A stretch of 29,526 nt of DNA, taken from assembly GCF_006345805.1 (NCBI RefSeq), contig NW_021832943.1:1-29526 (forward strand), in the 5' to 3' direction. Under the pieces are notes generated by a model, which did no database searches, was not told the DNA's origin, and saw only the letters and a program-made list of their open reading frames with translations. This document shows, piece by piece, positions 1 through 10,960 of this stretch (the stretch's first letter is position 1; the number at the start of each line of letters is the position of its first letter). The DNA is from Octopus sinensis. Lineage: Eukaryota. The position numbers and the translations under genes were made by a program.

Positions 1-282
1 CACATATTTGATTTGTACATGTATGTATATATATACACACACACATACACACATATATATATATGCATAAGATATATCCTTAAGATTACTTGTATATATG
101 TATACGTATTATGTTTGTATGTATTGATGAATGGATGGATGGATTGATGGAAAGCTATATGAGAGCCTATACACACACGCATCTGTATATATATCAATTG
201 TCTATATCAATTTGTGCGTATGTATGAATCAATGTATGAATGTATGTATATTCTCTTTGCCAAGATTGGCAATGATGTTTTT

Positions 283-316
283 ATTAATATTAATCATTAT
301 CATGATCATCATCATC

Positions 317-352
<36 letters not shown>

Positions 353-429
353 CATCATTATTATTATTATTATTATTACTATTATTATTATTATTATTAT
401 TACTATTATTATTATTATTATTATTATCA

Positions 430-466
<37 letters not shown>

Positions 467-503
467 CATCATCATTATTATTATGGTGGTGGTGGAAGTG
501 GTG
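283..503. repeat. (ATT/ATC)n microsatellite ending in (TGG)n
   Basis: Trinucleotide run seen directly; explains the poly-Y/L/I/N ORFs. Confidence 0.97.
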
Positions 504-553
504 GTGCAATGGTCGAGATGGTATGTAGTAATATGATTCGGTTCTTCATGTAG

Positions 554-629
554 GATTTCAAAACTGTCCAATCTCATCTTTAATTTCATCCCTTTTTTTA
601 GTGTGGTCGACAAAATTCCTGGCATTCAG
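554..629 (+). CDS. Candidate internal exon of unidentified host gene (ISKLSNLIFNFIPFFSVVDKIPGIQ)
   Basis: cttcatgtag|g acceptor, open frame, cag|gtaatg donor; alternative acceptor at 601. No homology recognised. Confidence 0.3.
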
Positions 630-739
630 GTAATGATGGGATTCGGTTGTTATGTCTAGCAGGTGAAATCGATTACATAAAAATTCCGTCTTTTCTTCGG
701 CTGTTGCTGTTGTTATTATTATATGCAAGCGTCTTAAAG

Positions 740-1370
740 ACGTTCTGGATTCAAATTCCGTCAAGGTCGACTTTGCCTTTCATCCTTTCGGGGTCAATAA
801 ATTAAGTACCAGTTGCATACTGGGGTCAATCGAATTGACTGTTCCCTTCCCCCAAAATTTCAGGTCTCGTGCCTATAGTAGAAAAGATTATTATTATCAT
901 TAAAGCAGAATCGCTAGGTCGCCTGTAGCTACATTCTGAGTTCAAGTTCCACCGGGGTCAACTTGGCATTTCATCCTCTCGGGGTCGATAAAATAAGTAC
1001 CAGTGAAACAATGGGGTCGATGTAATCGACAGGCCTCCTCCCCTCAAATTTCAGCCCTTTTGCCTATAATAGAAAGGATTATTATTATTATTATTATATA
1101 ATGCGGTGAACTGGCAGAATCTTTAATACGCCGGAAAAAAGTGCTTGGCAGAATTCTATCCGTCTCTATGTTCTGAGTTCAAATTCCGCCGAGGTCAATT
1201 TTGCCTTTCATTCTTTCTGGGTTGATCGACTCCAGTACTCCAGTTGAGTAATGGTGTCGATGTATTTGACTCATCTCCACCCCCGAAATTGCTAGCCTTG
1301 TGCCAAAATTTGAAACCATTATTATTATTATTATTATTATTATTCAGTAGTTTTATTTTTATAGCGTGCT

Positions 1371-1402
<32 letters not shown>

Positions 1403-1825
1403 GTTAGTAAGGCGGTGAGACGGCGGAATCGTTAGCACGCTGGATGAAATGTTTAGCGATATTTCGCCCGTCGCTACGTTCTGATTTTAAATTCCACCGC
1501 AATAGACATTGCCTTTCTGCTCTTGTGCCAAAAAATTGAAATAATAATAATAGTGACACACAACCAACAACAACCAACAACAACAACAACAAAACAATAA
1601 TAATAATTATTATTATTGTTGCTATTATTGTGAAGACGGTGAGTGAGCTGGCAGAATCGGTAGCACGCCAGGAAAAATGCTTAGCAGCATTTCGTCCGTA
1701 TATAAGTTCAAAGATCGACTTTGCCTTTCATCCTTTAGGATAACATGAAGATCACTCGAGCACTGGACTCGATGTAATCGTCCAACCAACGCTCCTAGTG
1801 CCAAAATTTGAAACCATTATTATTA
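740..1825 (+). mobile_element. Five head-to-tail tRNA-derived SINE copies (family A) at about 740-890, 904-1080, 1103-1320, 1409-1541, 1633-1818
   Basis: Shared head gagctggcagaatcgttagcacg (A-box-like), gagttcaaattcc (B-box-like) and core gactttgcctttcatcctttcggggtcgataa; copies separated by (ATT)n. Confidence 0.88.
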
Positions 1826-2035
1826 ATGTTCTTTATTCTGTAATCTGTTTCATTCATTAAACTGCGATGATGTTGGGACATCGCCTTAAACGTTTTACTT
1901 GAATAAGTCTGGTGCATGTTGTATTGGTTAAGTTACAAGGATGTAAACAAACCTTCACAGGTTGTCATGTGGTAGAGGAGCAATCACAGATACCACACAC
2001 ACAAACACACACACGCAACATACCAACACACAATT

Positions 2036-2160
2036 ATGTATGTGTCTACGTATGTATGTGTGTATGTATGCATGTATGTATGTATGTATGTATGTATGTA
2101 TGTATGTATGTATATATGTATGTATGTATATATGTATGTATGTATATATGTATGTATGTA
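2036..2160. repeat. (ATGT)n, the (CATA)n tail/target of the adjacent LINE fragment
   Basis: Tetranucleotide run seen directly. Confidence 0.95.
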
Positions 2161-2778
2161 TGGCATTATTCAGTTTTATTTCAAGATCTCTTGCCATTAG
2201 AGAAAGGGCCAGTTTCTAACCTAGATTCAAAGCTCCTTCATTGGGATTTCAAAAACATCAACAGTGTATGTATGTATGTATGTATGTATGTATGTATGTA
2301 TGTATGTATGTATGTGTGTGTATGTATGTATGTATGTTTGTATATATATGTGTATGTATGTATGTATGTATGTATGTATGTATGTATGTATGTATGTTGA
2401 TGTATGATGTATGTATGTATGTATGTGGTATGTATGTATGTATGTATGTATGTAGTATGTATGTATGTATGTATGCAGTGTATGTATGTATGTATGTAGT
2501 AGATGTTTGTATGTATGTATGCCATGTATGTATGTGTGTATGTATATGTACAGATTTGTATGTTTTCTTTTATGTATGTATTCTCATGCATATATTTGCA
2601 TATCTAAGCAATGCTCATATATCCTTAAATGGTAAACATCTGGAAAGTTTTACAGAATTTTAGTTCCAGTGATGGACTGGATCTGTGGTTTTCGAATCAG
2701 CTTTCTCATTTCTGGTTTTGAGAAGCCTAATTTCTCAATATTAGTATTTAGGCAGTGTTACATATTCCAATGCTCCAG
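2161..2778 (-). mobile_element. 5'-truncated R4-clade (RLE) LINE: ORF C-terminus plus 3' UTR with internal (CATA)n expansion
   Basis: Minus strand 2778-2625 reads, with small frameshifts, GALEYVT/CLNTNIEKLGFSKPEMRKLIRKPQIQSITGT/CKTFQMFTI-stop, resembling the sequence after the RLE domain of R4/Dong ORFs. Unique segment 2161-2265 runs into (CATA)n. Confidence 0.62.
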
Positions 2779-2780
2779 TA

Positions 2781-2802
2781 TGTCTGTCTGTCTGTCTGTC
2801 TG

Positions 2803-2877
<75 letters not shown>

Positions 2878-2960
2878 GCTGTCTGTCTGTCTGTCTGTCT
2901 CTCTGTCTATCTAGCCAACTATCTGTCTGTCTACCTGGTTGTCTATGTATTTATCTATCT
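2781..2960. repeat. (GTCT)n/(ATCT)n microsatellite
   Basis: Seen directly. Confidence 0.95.
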
Positions 2961-2964
2961 AAAG

Positions 2965-3170
2965 GTATTCCAAACATGAAAACAGAAAGAGAAAGCACAA
3001 CAACGCGAGGACGTGGAACAAGTATAGTGTTATTGGATGCTCAGGAAAGAAAAAAAGGAGGATATGACGTTTCGAGCGAAGCTCTTCGTCAGAAGCATAG
3101 GAAAAGGAAAGAACCAAGGAGGGGAAGACGGAGGGAAAAAATCGCCAACGATACACACGCGGTCACATAT
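2965..3170 (-). mobile_element. Short Penelope-type (pLTR-like) element with hammerhead motif, copy 1
   Basis: Aligns by eye with 5794-5990 (ggacgtggaacaa, gctcaggaaagaa, acgtttcgagcg.agctcttcgtc). Confidence 0.65.
3062..3096 (-). ncRNA. Minimal type I hammerhead motif; catalytic core intact, stem I weak
   Basis: Minus strand CUGACGA-A-GAGC(UUC)GCUC-GAA-ACGU-C; palindromic stem III ACGU; GUC site at 3068-3066. Confidence 0.72.
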
Positions 3171-3294
3171 CTGTCTGTCTGTTTGTCTGTCCGTCCATCC
3201 CACCTCTCACCCTCCCTCCCTCCCTCTCTCTCCATCTACCTAGCTGTGCCCACACAAAAACACATCCACACACACATCAGACTGCTACACAATT

Positions 3295-3415
3295 TCTGTG
3301 TATCAAACTGACTCACAAAGACTTGACCCTCGATCGACTCGGCTGCCGCTGCGATGTAGGTATGAACCCGGAACTATGGGGTTACAGAACAAACACCTTA
3401 GCTACACAGCCACAC
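3295..3415 (-). mobile_element. Degenerate SINE family B head fragment
   Basis: tgaacccggaac...cacagccac matches 10390-10432. Confidence 0.55.
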
Positions 3416-3639
3416 ATACATCTACATATTGGTGACTGTGGTCAATTTCCGCCCATTGCATGAATATAAATACATCATTTGATAAATGGAGGTTCCAGTT
3501 CCGGGTGAATAATTTAATTCAATGATCTTAATTACGAAGAAAAAAGCTGCATTGGCCACCTCGAAGAATTGACTGTTTAAGAACAACCAATCACCGTCCT
3601 TTTTTTCTTCTATAGCCAAATACACAAACACGCAGACGA

Positions 3640-4200
3640 TCGCACACACACACACACACACACACACAACACACAACCACACACACACACATTCTCAAAC
3701 TTGCATTCCCACATGCGCATACTTTCCAATAAACGCACACGTCTATACTGTCTGTCTTCGCTCTATATATACACATACATATAGATGTATATATGTATGT
3801 ATATATATATTATATATATATATATATATAATATATATATTATGTATGTATGTATACATATATATACATATATATACATATATATACATATATATATATA
3901 TATGGTATATATATATATATATTATATATATATATATTTATACACACAGACGCATACACATATAAATACATATATATATACGCATGTATTTATATACAAT
4001 TATATTTATATGAATAAATATGTATATGTATATATAAATACGTATGTGTATATGTGTGTATGTATATATGTATACATATGTGCGTGTCTGCGTATATATA
4101 TGTATACACACACACGCACACACACACACATATATATACATATATATATACATATTCATATAAGCATATACTCTTTACTCTTTTACTCTTTTACTGTTAT
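3640..4200. repeat. (CA)n and (TA)-rich compound microsatellite
   Basis: Seen directly. Confidence 0.92.
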
Positions 4201-4421
4201 ATGTATGTAGATAGATATAAACAAACAATAAAAAATAAACAAACATGAATAAGCAAACACTCCCACCCCCACTCACTGACTATGAATAAATTAAATAAAT
4301 TACGAACGCTTCTTTTTTCAAATGCAAGTAATACAAACACCATTTTATAGGAATAACAGACACAACCATGGAAAAACTAATGGACGAACACAAGTTTTAT
4401 ACCACACGCATACTCCAACGG

Positions 4422-4550
<129 letters not shown>

Positions 4551-4562
4551 TAACAATAATAA

Positions 4563-4805
4563 TAAGAGCGCTCAGAGAGCGCAGACTTCCGCCAAAGCAA
4601 CACCAAAATCCTCTCAACGATTAGCCAGAGGTGATTTTAAAAGTGAGAATATCTGAAATAAACTCAACTGCTCTCACAAGCAAGAATACTAAAAATGAAC
4701 CTGACTGCTCTCAAAAATTAAGTAAAAAAAAGACCGGAAAAATAATCCAGAATCCTTGTCCAGTACTTGATCGATCCCAAAATCTAATCAGCTTGTTCCA
4801 TTCCC
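4563..4805. mobile_element. Non-coding interspersed repeat fragment, possibly Helentron-type non-autonomous
   Basis: Resembles a recalled cephalopod repeat; internal short duplication actgctctcac/actgctctcaa. Class not provable here. Confidence 0.3.
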
Positions 4806-4866
4806 GCAGCCAGTGTTCTTGAGCAAGACATTTCATTTCACATTATTCCATTCCACTCAGCTGGAG

Positions 4867-4898
<32 letters not shown>

Positions 4899-5099
4899 CA
4901 CACACACACACACGCACGCACATATATATGTATGTATGTATATATCTGTATCCGCTGTACTCCTTGGTGTGCATGTGCGAGTAACACAGCACCACTTCCT
5001 TGGCGAGTGTCTTGCTCTATGGCACCGAATCGACCGATTTTGTAGACAGAAGCTTTGCGAAAATCATTCCCTTCACACAAGCGAACACACACACACGCA

Positions 5100-5146
<47 letters not shown>

Positions 5147-5393
5147 CCTGTTCGCACACACGCATACACGTGTATGTGTAACTGTGTTTTAACAAACAGA
5201 ACTAAGGCCATGCTGGAGCATCTTTTTCAGTGATGAATATTTATAACCATTTGTGTCTCCCCTTCATATATATGTAAGTATCCGATATCACTCTTGGGGT
5301 TGAGTTTTTCTGCCAGCACAGCACCCCCAGTTGACGGATTAGCAAAACGATGGAAGTTGATCTGCTTAAATTGGAGTTTTTTTTTCTTCGCAG

Positions 5394-5454
5394 ATGGCTG
5401 ACCTGGAATGCTAGAGATGAATGCATCGTAACTGCCTTTTGGCGGGGGAGACAG
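5394..5454 (+). CDS. Candidate exon (WLTWNARDECIVTAFWRGRQ)
   Basis: Strong acceptor tttttttttcttcgcag, open frame, cag|gtttaa donor; phase-0 end fits 8475. Confidence 0.35.
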
Positions 5455-5621
5455 GTTTAAACCTGAAGGTCTTTAAATGTCAAGCTACTCTCCTATATAT
5501 CTACGCCCTGTGGGTGTGGGGAAGTGAATGGTATGATGTGGTTGTACCTACCATTCTTCTTCTACACTTTTTCTTTGTTCCATACTGAAATTCAGAACAA
5601 GATTGTCTGAGAATTTCCCAC

Positions 5622-5752
5622 AAGCGTAGACATGGTTCCGTAGTTCCGAAACTCGGTTTGCAACGACTTAGTTTTGGGTTCAGTCCCACTGAACAGCACC
5701 TTGGACAAGTGTCTTCTACTATCACATCGGACCAACCAATATCTCTGTCAGT

Positions 5753-5755
<3 letters not shown>
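5622..5755 (+). mobile_element. SINE family B 5' part
   Basis: gggttcagtcccactg (B-box-like) followed by caccttggacaagtgtcttctactat. Confidence 0.75.
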
Positions 5756-5793
<38 letters not shown>

Positions 5794-5798
<5 letters not shown>

Positions 5799-5990
5799 AT
5801 CCAAACAAGAAAACACAGAAAAAAAAGAGAAAAAAACACAGCAACGCAGGACGTGGAACAATTAAAGTATTATTGACGCTCAGGAAAGAAGGGAAGGAGG
5901 GTTTAACGTTTCGAGCGGAGCTCTTCGTCGGAAACAAGGAGAAGGAAAGATCCCAAGGACGGAAGACAGAGGAGAAAATATTTGAGCTGG
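5794..5990 (-). mobile_element. Short Penelope-type element with hammerhead motif, copy 2
   Basis: Homologous to 2965-3170; minus-strand 3' end ggattaact runs into (TA)n. Confidence 0.65.
5901..5935 (-). ncRNA. Minimal type I hammerhead motif with U4C mutation; stems intact
   Basis: GUUU-CCGACGA-A-GAGC(UCC)GCUC-GAA-ACGU-U-AAAC; stem I GUUU/AAAC. Confidence 0.65.
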
Positions 5991-6294
5991 TGGTGCTTAA
6001 GAGATCACATGTTGAAAATATAGGATAAAATTTTTCGAAAAATATTTTATCAATGGCCAGCATATTAAAAAATACCTTTAAACGTTAAATTTATAAACGA
6101 CTTATAAACAAGGGCAAAAGAAAAAATTTCTAATGCCAAATATGCCGAAACTAGACATATCGTCCATAACCATATAATCATCACTATAAGAACGCGTTTA
6201 AGTTGCATATATAAGTTGTATATATATAGATATATATATATATATATAATATATATATATATATTAATATATATATTACATATGTACCATTACG

Positions 6295-6530
6295 TAGCAC
6301 CTTGGGCATTGTCTTGTGAGTTGACTTGGAAGAGGAAACTGAAAGAATCCCGTCGTATATATGTTTATATATATATATTCGTGTGTGTGTGTTTGTCACT
6401 GCCAATATCGCTTGACATCCGATGTTGATGTGTACGTCCCCGTAACTTAGCGGTTCGGCAAAAAGAGTCCGATAGAATAAGTACTAGGCTTGCAAAGAAT
6501 AAGTCCTGGGGTCGATTTGCTCGACTAAAA
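6295..6530 (+). mobile_element. SINE family B body and 3' part
   Basis: Reverse-complement match to 10085-10350 (ggaaactgaaagaa.cccgtcg, gtccccgtaacttagcggttcggcaaaa, ggggtcgatttgctcgactaaa). Confidence 0.85.
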
Positions 6531-6553
6531 TATTTTATTAACCTTGATGGTAG

Positions 6554-6831
6554 TAGTTTATTGCAAAAAATAGGTATTACAAATTATTAACACGATTAGT
6601 CGGTGAATGAAGAATGTCCCTATATTATATTAACAAACGAATATGCATCTGAATAAAATAAATGAATTCACCGTCTTTAAATGAGTTCCCGTTTTTATAC
6701 CAAACACGTCTTTTATCGTAATAGTTTATTGCTAAAAATTGGTATTACAAACTATTAATTCGATTTGTGGGTGAATAAAGAATGTCCCTTTAGTATTTTA
6801 ACAAGCGAATATGTATGTGAGTAAAATAAAT
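6554..6831. repeat. Direct repeat of about 110 bp at 168-bp period
   Basis: tagtttattgc at 6554 and 6722; aagaatgtccct in both; arms end at 6663 and 6831. Confidence 0.85.
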
Positions 6832-7189
6832 TAGGTAAGTGGATAGATTTACAAATACATTGACAAATGGTCTGCGTGTTGTAGCTGGCATTGTCACGTG
6901 TCGGAGCTTATCCCTGCATGGCCGTATCTCCCGTTGCGCGATAAAAAAAGATTAAGCTGTTACGCTGATTTGGAGTTAATTCATCAAATTAATCTCATGG
7001 TAAACCAGCATCCAGGTCATTGGTCATTACATTGTTTCATTTCCTATCCACGAATCTTGCAATTGTCCTTAATGTGACCTTAGCGTGACTTTCGGGCGCT
7101 GCATGCAGAATTGTTTTTCTTTCGGAAAGCTGAGTTGTTCTCACAAAAGTCGCATGCTGTATACATGAAGGAGTGCATGGTTGAGACGT

Positions 7190-7440
7190 ACAGAAGACTT
7201 ACTTAATTCATATCAGTAGATGTGTTATTGATTTGTAAACATGTGCTACAGCCACCACATAGGAGGTCCATTATAGATTTTTATTGAAATCCAATTAGCC
7301 TATAATTCAACTGGGTGTTAGTTTAACATGTATGCAAAGTTTCGTCAAAATTGGTTCACTGATGTAGGCATCAAGATGGTAATAGACAGACAGAGAGCTC
7401 AGACAGATAGACTGAAATTGTCAGTTATGTATAAGATTTA
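7190..7440 (+). mobile_element. Helitron/Helentron-type non-autonomous element end
   Basis: tgcaaagtttcgtcaaaattggttca, then (CAGA)n, then tataagat: the layout of Lep1/DINE-1-like elements. Confidence 0.42.
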
Positions 7441-7609
7441 TACATATATATGACTCTGGCAGGAGTTTCTCCTATCAGAGCCACCTTTTGTAAACTTATA
7501 ATCATTCAATTACTAAAGTGTAAAAATTATCAGAAAACCCATTGCTATTCCTCTTTTCAAATAAATAATACTGTACTCAGGACATTCTACTTCTTATTCA
7601 ACTATGTAT

Positions 7610-7664
<55 letters not shown>

Positions 7665-7839
7665 GCGAACCAAATACTAATCGGACACAGACAGTGTGTC
7701 GTTAGCCAGCTGGAAGAGATGTCTTACTGGGGCTATAAACGTTAGTAACACTGTCCCGTTTAGGACGCCACACTTGGTTGGCATCATATGTTACAATTCC
7801 GTATTGCTACTGTTTAATTTCGCTCAGAGATTATAATAT

Positions 7840-7842
7840 ATA

Positions 7843-7886
<44 letters not shown>

Positions 7887-8331
7887 ATACATGCATTTGT
7901 AAATACACATTTACGTATTATTTATACATATACATACAGTCATACATACGCATATACATGCACACATACATACATACATACATACATATATGTATATACA
8001 ATCGCTGACGATGAAGCTATGTAACTTTGTTAGAAACCAGCACCTTCTTTACAGGAAGACCTCAAATAATCATAAATTGGAAAGAGCAGACATACATACA
8101 TACATACATACATAAATACATACATACATACATAAATATTTACATACATACTTACATTATATATATACATATATTACTGCATGCATACATATATACATAC
8201 ATGCGTATATGCATACATACACACACACACACACAAATATACATACATATATGCAAACATACATACATTCATACATACATACATACACACATACATATAT
8301 GTAAACATACATACACATAAACATACATACA

Positions 8332-8363
<32 letters not shown>

Positions 8364-8420
8364 AATACATATAAACAAGCCTACATACATAGATGCATAC
8401 ATACATATATACATACATTG
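7840..8420. repeat. (TA)n and (CATA)n microsatellite blocks
   Basis: Seen directly; short unique island near 8000-8090. Confidence 0.92.
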
Positions 8421-8474
8421 TTGTAGTTAAACATACATAGAATGTAAAATGGTTCGTTCTCATTTCTTCCACAG

Positions 8475-8548
8475 ATTCCTGTCCCTGTGAAATATGAGAA
8501 GAACCAAAATCCTATATTCTCCAAGTCATCGCAACGGATTCCATTTGG
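8475..8548 (+). CDS. Candidate exon (IPVPVKYEKNQNPIFSKSSQRIPFG)
   Basis: Acceptor catttcttccacag; only one open frame; gg|gtaaag donor; phase 0 to 2. Confidence 0.45.
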
Positions 8549-8670
8549 GTAAAGGAGAGGCAATTCTTCACATTTTTGCTGCTAAGTCTAAATTCCGACG
8601 TACCATAGTTTCTTGAAAATCTGCCTTGGTGTTCTTATTTTTATTATTATTTCTTCTTCCTATTATTATT

Positions 8671-9093
8671 GAATGAGAGAGCAGTGCAAACCATCAAAGT
8701 GACACTGGGGTAAAATATACGAAGCCCAGTATACCCATCATGACTACCCGTCTGATAAGGGTACACTAGATGGTGTTCTCATACCAAGATAAACGGCGCA
8801 TGACCTTGCAGGTGGGGGCCCAGTTAGAATTTTCTTCTGGTCGAGTAACCCATCCCACTCAAAACTTCCCTGATTAACGGTTGTTTAAGGATGTTGAACA
8901 AAACGCCCATGTTTCCAGAGGTGAATTATCCAAACCCCAAAGAATCCCTCTCAACACATGGCTATGATGCTCCCCTACTACTTCTGCTCGTGATCAGAGA
9001 TGTACATATCGTCAACCACTATGGGACATGCTGGTTAAGGTCAAACAACTGACAAGAAAATCTGTGGTATTGAGCAAAATATTTGCTGTAGCC
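8671..9093 (-). mobile_element. 423-bp non-coding retroposon (LINE 3' part or SINE-like) with (AAT)n tail
   Basis: Minus strand ends ctctctcattc followed by (AAT)n; TTA/TTG/TTC repeats on both sides; no ORF. Confidence 0.6.
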
Positions 9094-9094
9094 T

Positions 9095-9271
9095 ATTTCT
9101 TCTTCTTGTTGTTATTGTTGTTGTTGTTGTTGTTGTTGTTATTATTATCGTTATTATCATCATTATTATTATTATTGTTGTTGTTATTATTATTATTATT
9201 ATTATTATCATTATTATCATTATTATTATTATATTGTTGTTATTATTTTTATTATTATTATTATATTGTTG

Positions 9272-9314
<43 letters not shown>

Positions 9315-9402
9315 CATTATTATTATTATTATCATTCTTCTTCTTCTTCTTCTTCTTCTTCTTATTATTATTATTATTATTATTGCTATTATTATTATCA
9401 TT
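9095..9402. repeat. (TTG/TTA/TTC)n compound microsatellite
   Basis: Seen directly. Confidence 0.96.
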
Positions 9403-9411
9403 ACACTCCAG

Positions 9412-9511
9412 CAGATTATATTTAGGCACTTGTGTCAATAGAATTACTCTTCCAGCAAACACTCTTGAAACGTTGAAGGTGCGTGTTAGTTCTCCGTACA
9501 AACGACTGAAG
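9412..9511 (+). CDS. Candidate exon (RLYLGTCVNRITLPANTLETLKVRVSSPYKRLK)
   Basis: Strong donor aag|gtaaga at 9511 (alternative aag|gtgcgt at 9478). Phase-2 acceptors at 9411 or 9414 fit the 8548 donor; acceptor tract is weak. Confidence 0.4.
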
Positions 9512-9676
9512 GTAAGAGGAGGAGGAGGAGGAGGAGACAACAGCTGTTGACTCTGTTGACACTAAACAGTCAATCATAAACAGGGGAGATTACCTGACTT
9601 TGAAAATTAAACAAAAAAAATCAATCTAACAATTGTCGAATCATGTATTCTGCCACTTTCTCCATTAGTCTGTCTG

Positions 9677-9734
<58 letters not shown>

Positions 9735-10084
9735 GAACCGACCCCGTTTTTCTCGACTTAACACGAACACGTGACACATCAGTCAACATGGCTTTTCGGC
9801 TGTTTAAAGAAACAACAACGTCGTCTTTACTTATCAATATATCGACAAAATAACTCAAATGCTTTTAACTATTTCAACACACTAAAATGTTTGCAAAGTA
9901 CTTACTAAACGGACGTATCAGCTCACTTCTAATCACCTTGTTTCATTCTCTCTCTTTGCTTTCTCTTGATATTCATTATTAATGGCGTTGCAGGGTCTGG
10001 TGGTGGGAAAAAGGAAATTTGGAATCCTGGCCGCTCTCTCATCCTGCGATTTCTTACACTGCCGCCCAACTGATTCGATTATTA

Positions 10085-10293
10085 TTCTTTTATTCTTTTA
10101 TTCTTTCATTTGTTGAAAGTTATTTGAGTGCGGCCATGCTGGAGCACCGCATTTTAGTCGAACAAGTCGACCCCCAGAGGACTCTATCTTTGTAAGCTTA
10201 GTGCTTATTCTATCAGTCTCTTTTGCCGAACAGCTTACTTATGGGGACGTAAACACACCAACATCGGTTGTCAAGCGATGGTGGGGAAACAAA

Positions 10294-10324
<31 letters not shown>

Positions 10325-10432
10325 GACGGGCTTCTTTCAGTTTCCATCTTCTAAATCTACTCAAGTCACTCGCCTATGGTGCCATGCAGTGGGACTGAAC
10401 CCGGAACCATGCAAGCTACTTACAACACAGCC
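10085..10432 (-). mobile_element. Near full-length SINE family B
   Basis: Minus-strand head ggctgtgttgtaagtagcttgc, B-box-like gggttcagtccc, internal (TG)n, tail ending in (AAAAGAAT)-like repeats. Confidence 0.85.
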
Positions 10433-10457
10433 ATTATTATTATTATTATTATTATTA

Positions 10458-10495
<38 letters not shown>

Positions 10496-10496
<1 letters not shown>

Positions 10497-10697
10497 AGCG
10501 GCGAGCTGGCAGAACCGTTAGCATGCCAGGCGAATTGCTTAGCGTCATTTCATCCATCTTTACGTTCTGAGTTCAAATTCCGCCGAGGTCGACTTTGCCT
10601 TTCATCCTTTCGGGGTCGATATATTAAGTACCAATGAAACACTGGGGTCGATGTAATCGATTAGCACCTCACTCCCCCAAAATTTCAGGCCTTGTGT
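10496..10697 (+). mobile_element. SINE family A inserted after (ATT)n 10433-10494
   Basis: gcggcgagctggcagaaccgttagc...gagttcaaattccgccgaggtcgactttgcctttcatcctttcggggtcgat. Confidence 0.92.
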
Positions 10698-10743
10698 TCC
10701 CTGCTTTTTAACTTCTGATTATAAATATCCTTCATCTCTCCAG

Positions 10744-10793
10744 GTTCCATTGAAGAACTAGCGTCGAAGGCATCGACTAACGTCTTCCTCACA
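10744..10793 (+). CDS. Candidate exon (GSIEELASKASTNVFLT)
   Basis: Acceptor ccttcatctctccag, open frame, aca|gtcaga donor; lies between two SINE copies. Confidence 0.35.
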
Positions 10794-10811
10794 GTCAGAA
10801 ACTGTTATTAT

Positions 10812-10960
10812 TTCGGTTGGCAAAATTATTAGAACGTTTGCTCCAGTCTTAAGGTCATCAGTTCAAATCCCGTCGATCAAATAAGGTACCCTCCTCGTAC
10901 TGTGGTTGGGGGTATTGTATAACTCCTTCCTTCAAAATTAATGGCCTGAAGCCTAAATAA
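10812..10960 (+). mobile_element. Highly degenerate SINE family A
   Basis: ttggcaaaattattagaacg, agttcaaatcccg and aaataaggtacc are remnants of family A motifs. Confidence 0.5.

Noticed and set aside
7452-7480. Hairpin ctctg/cagag enclosing aggag/ctcct
   Set aside because: Resembles a hammerhead scaffold but lacks both conserved core segments.
8003-8042. CUGACGA...GAAAC
   Set aside because: No valid stem III, cleavage triplet or stem I.
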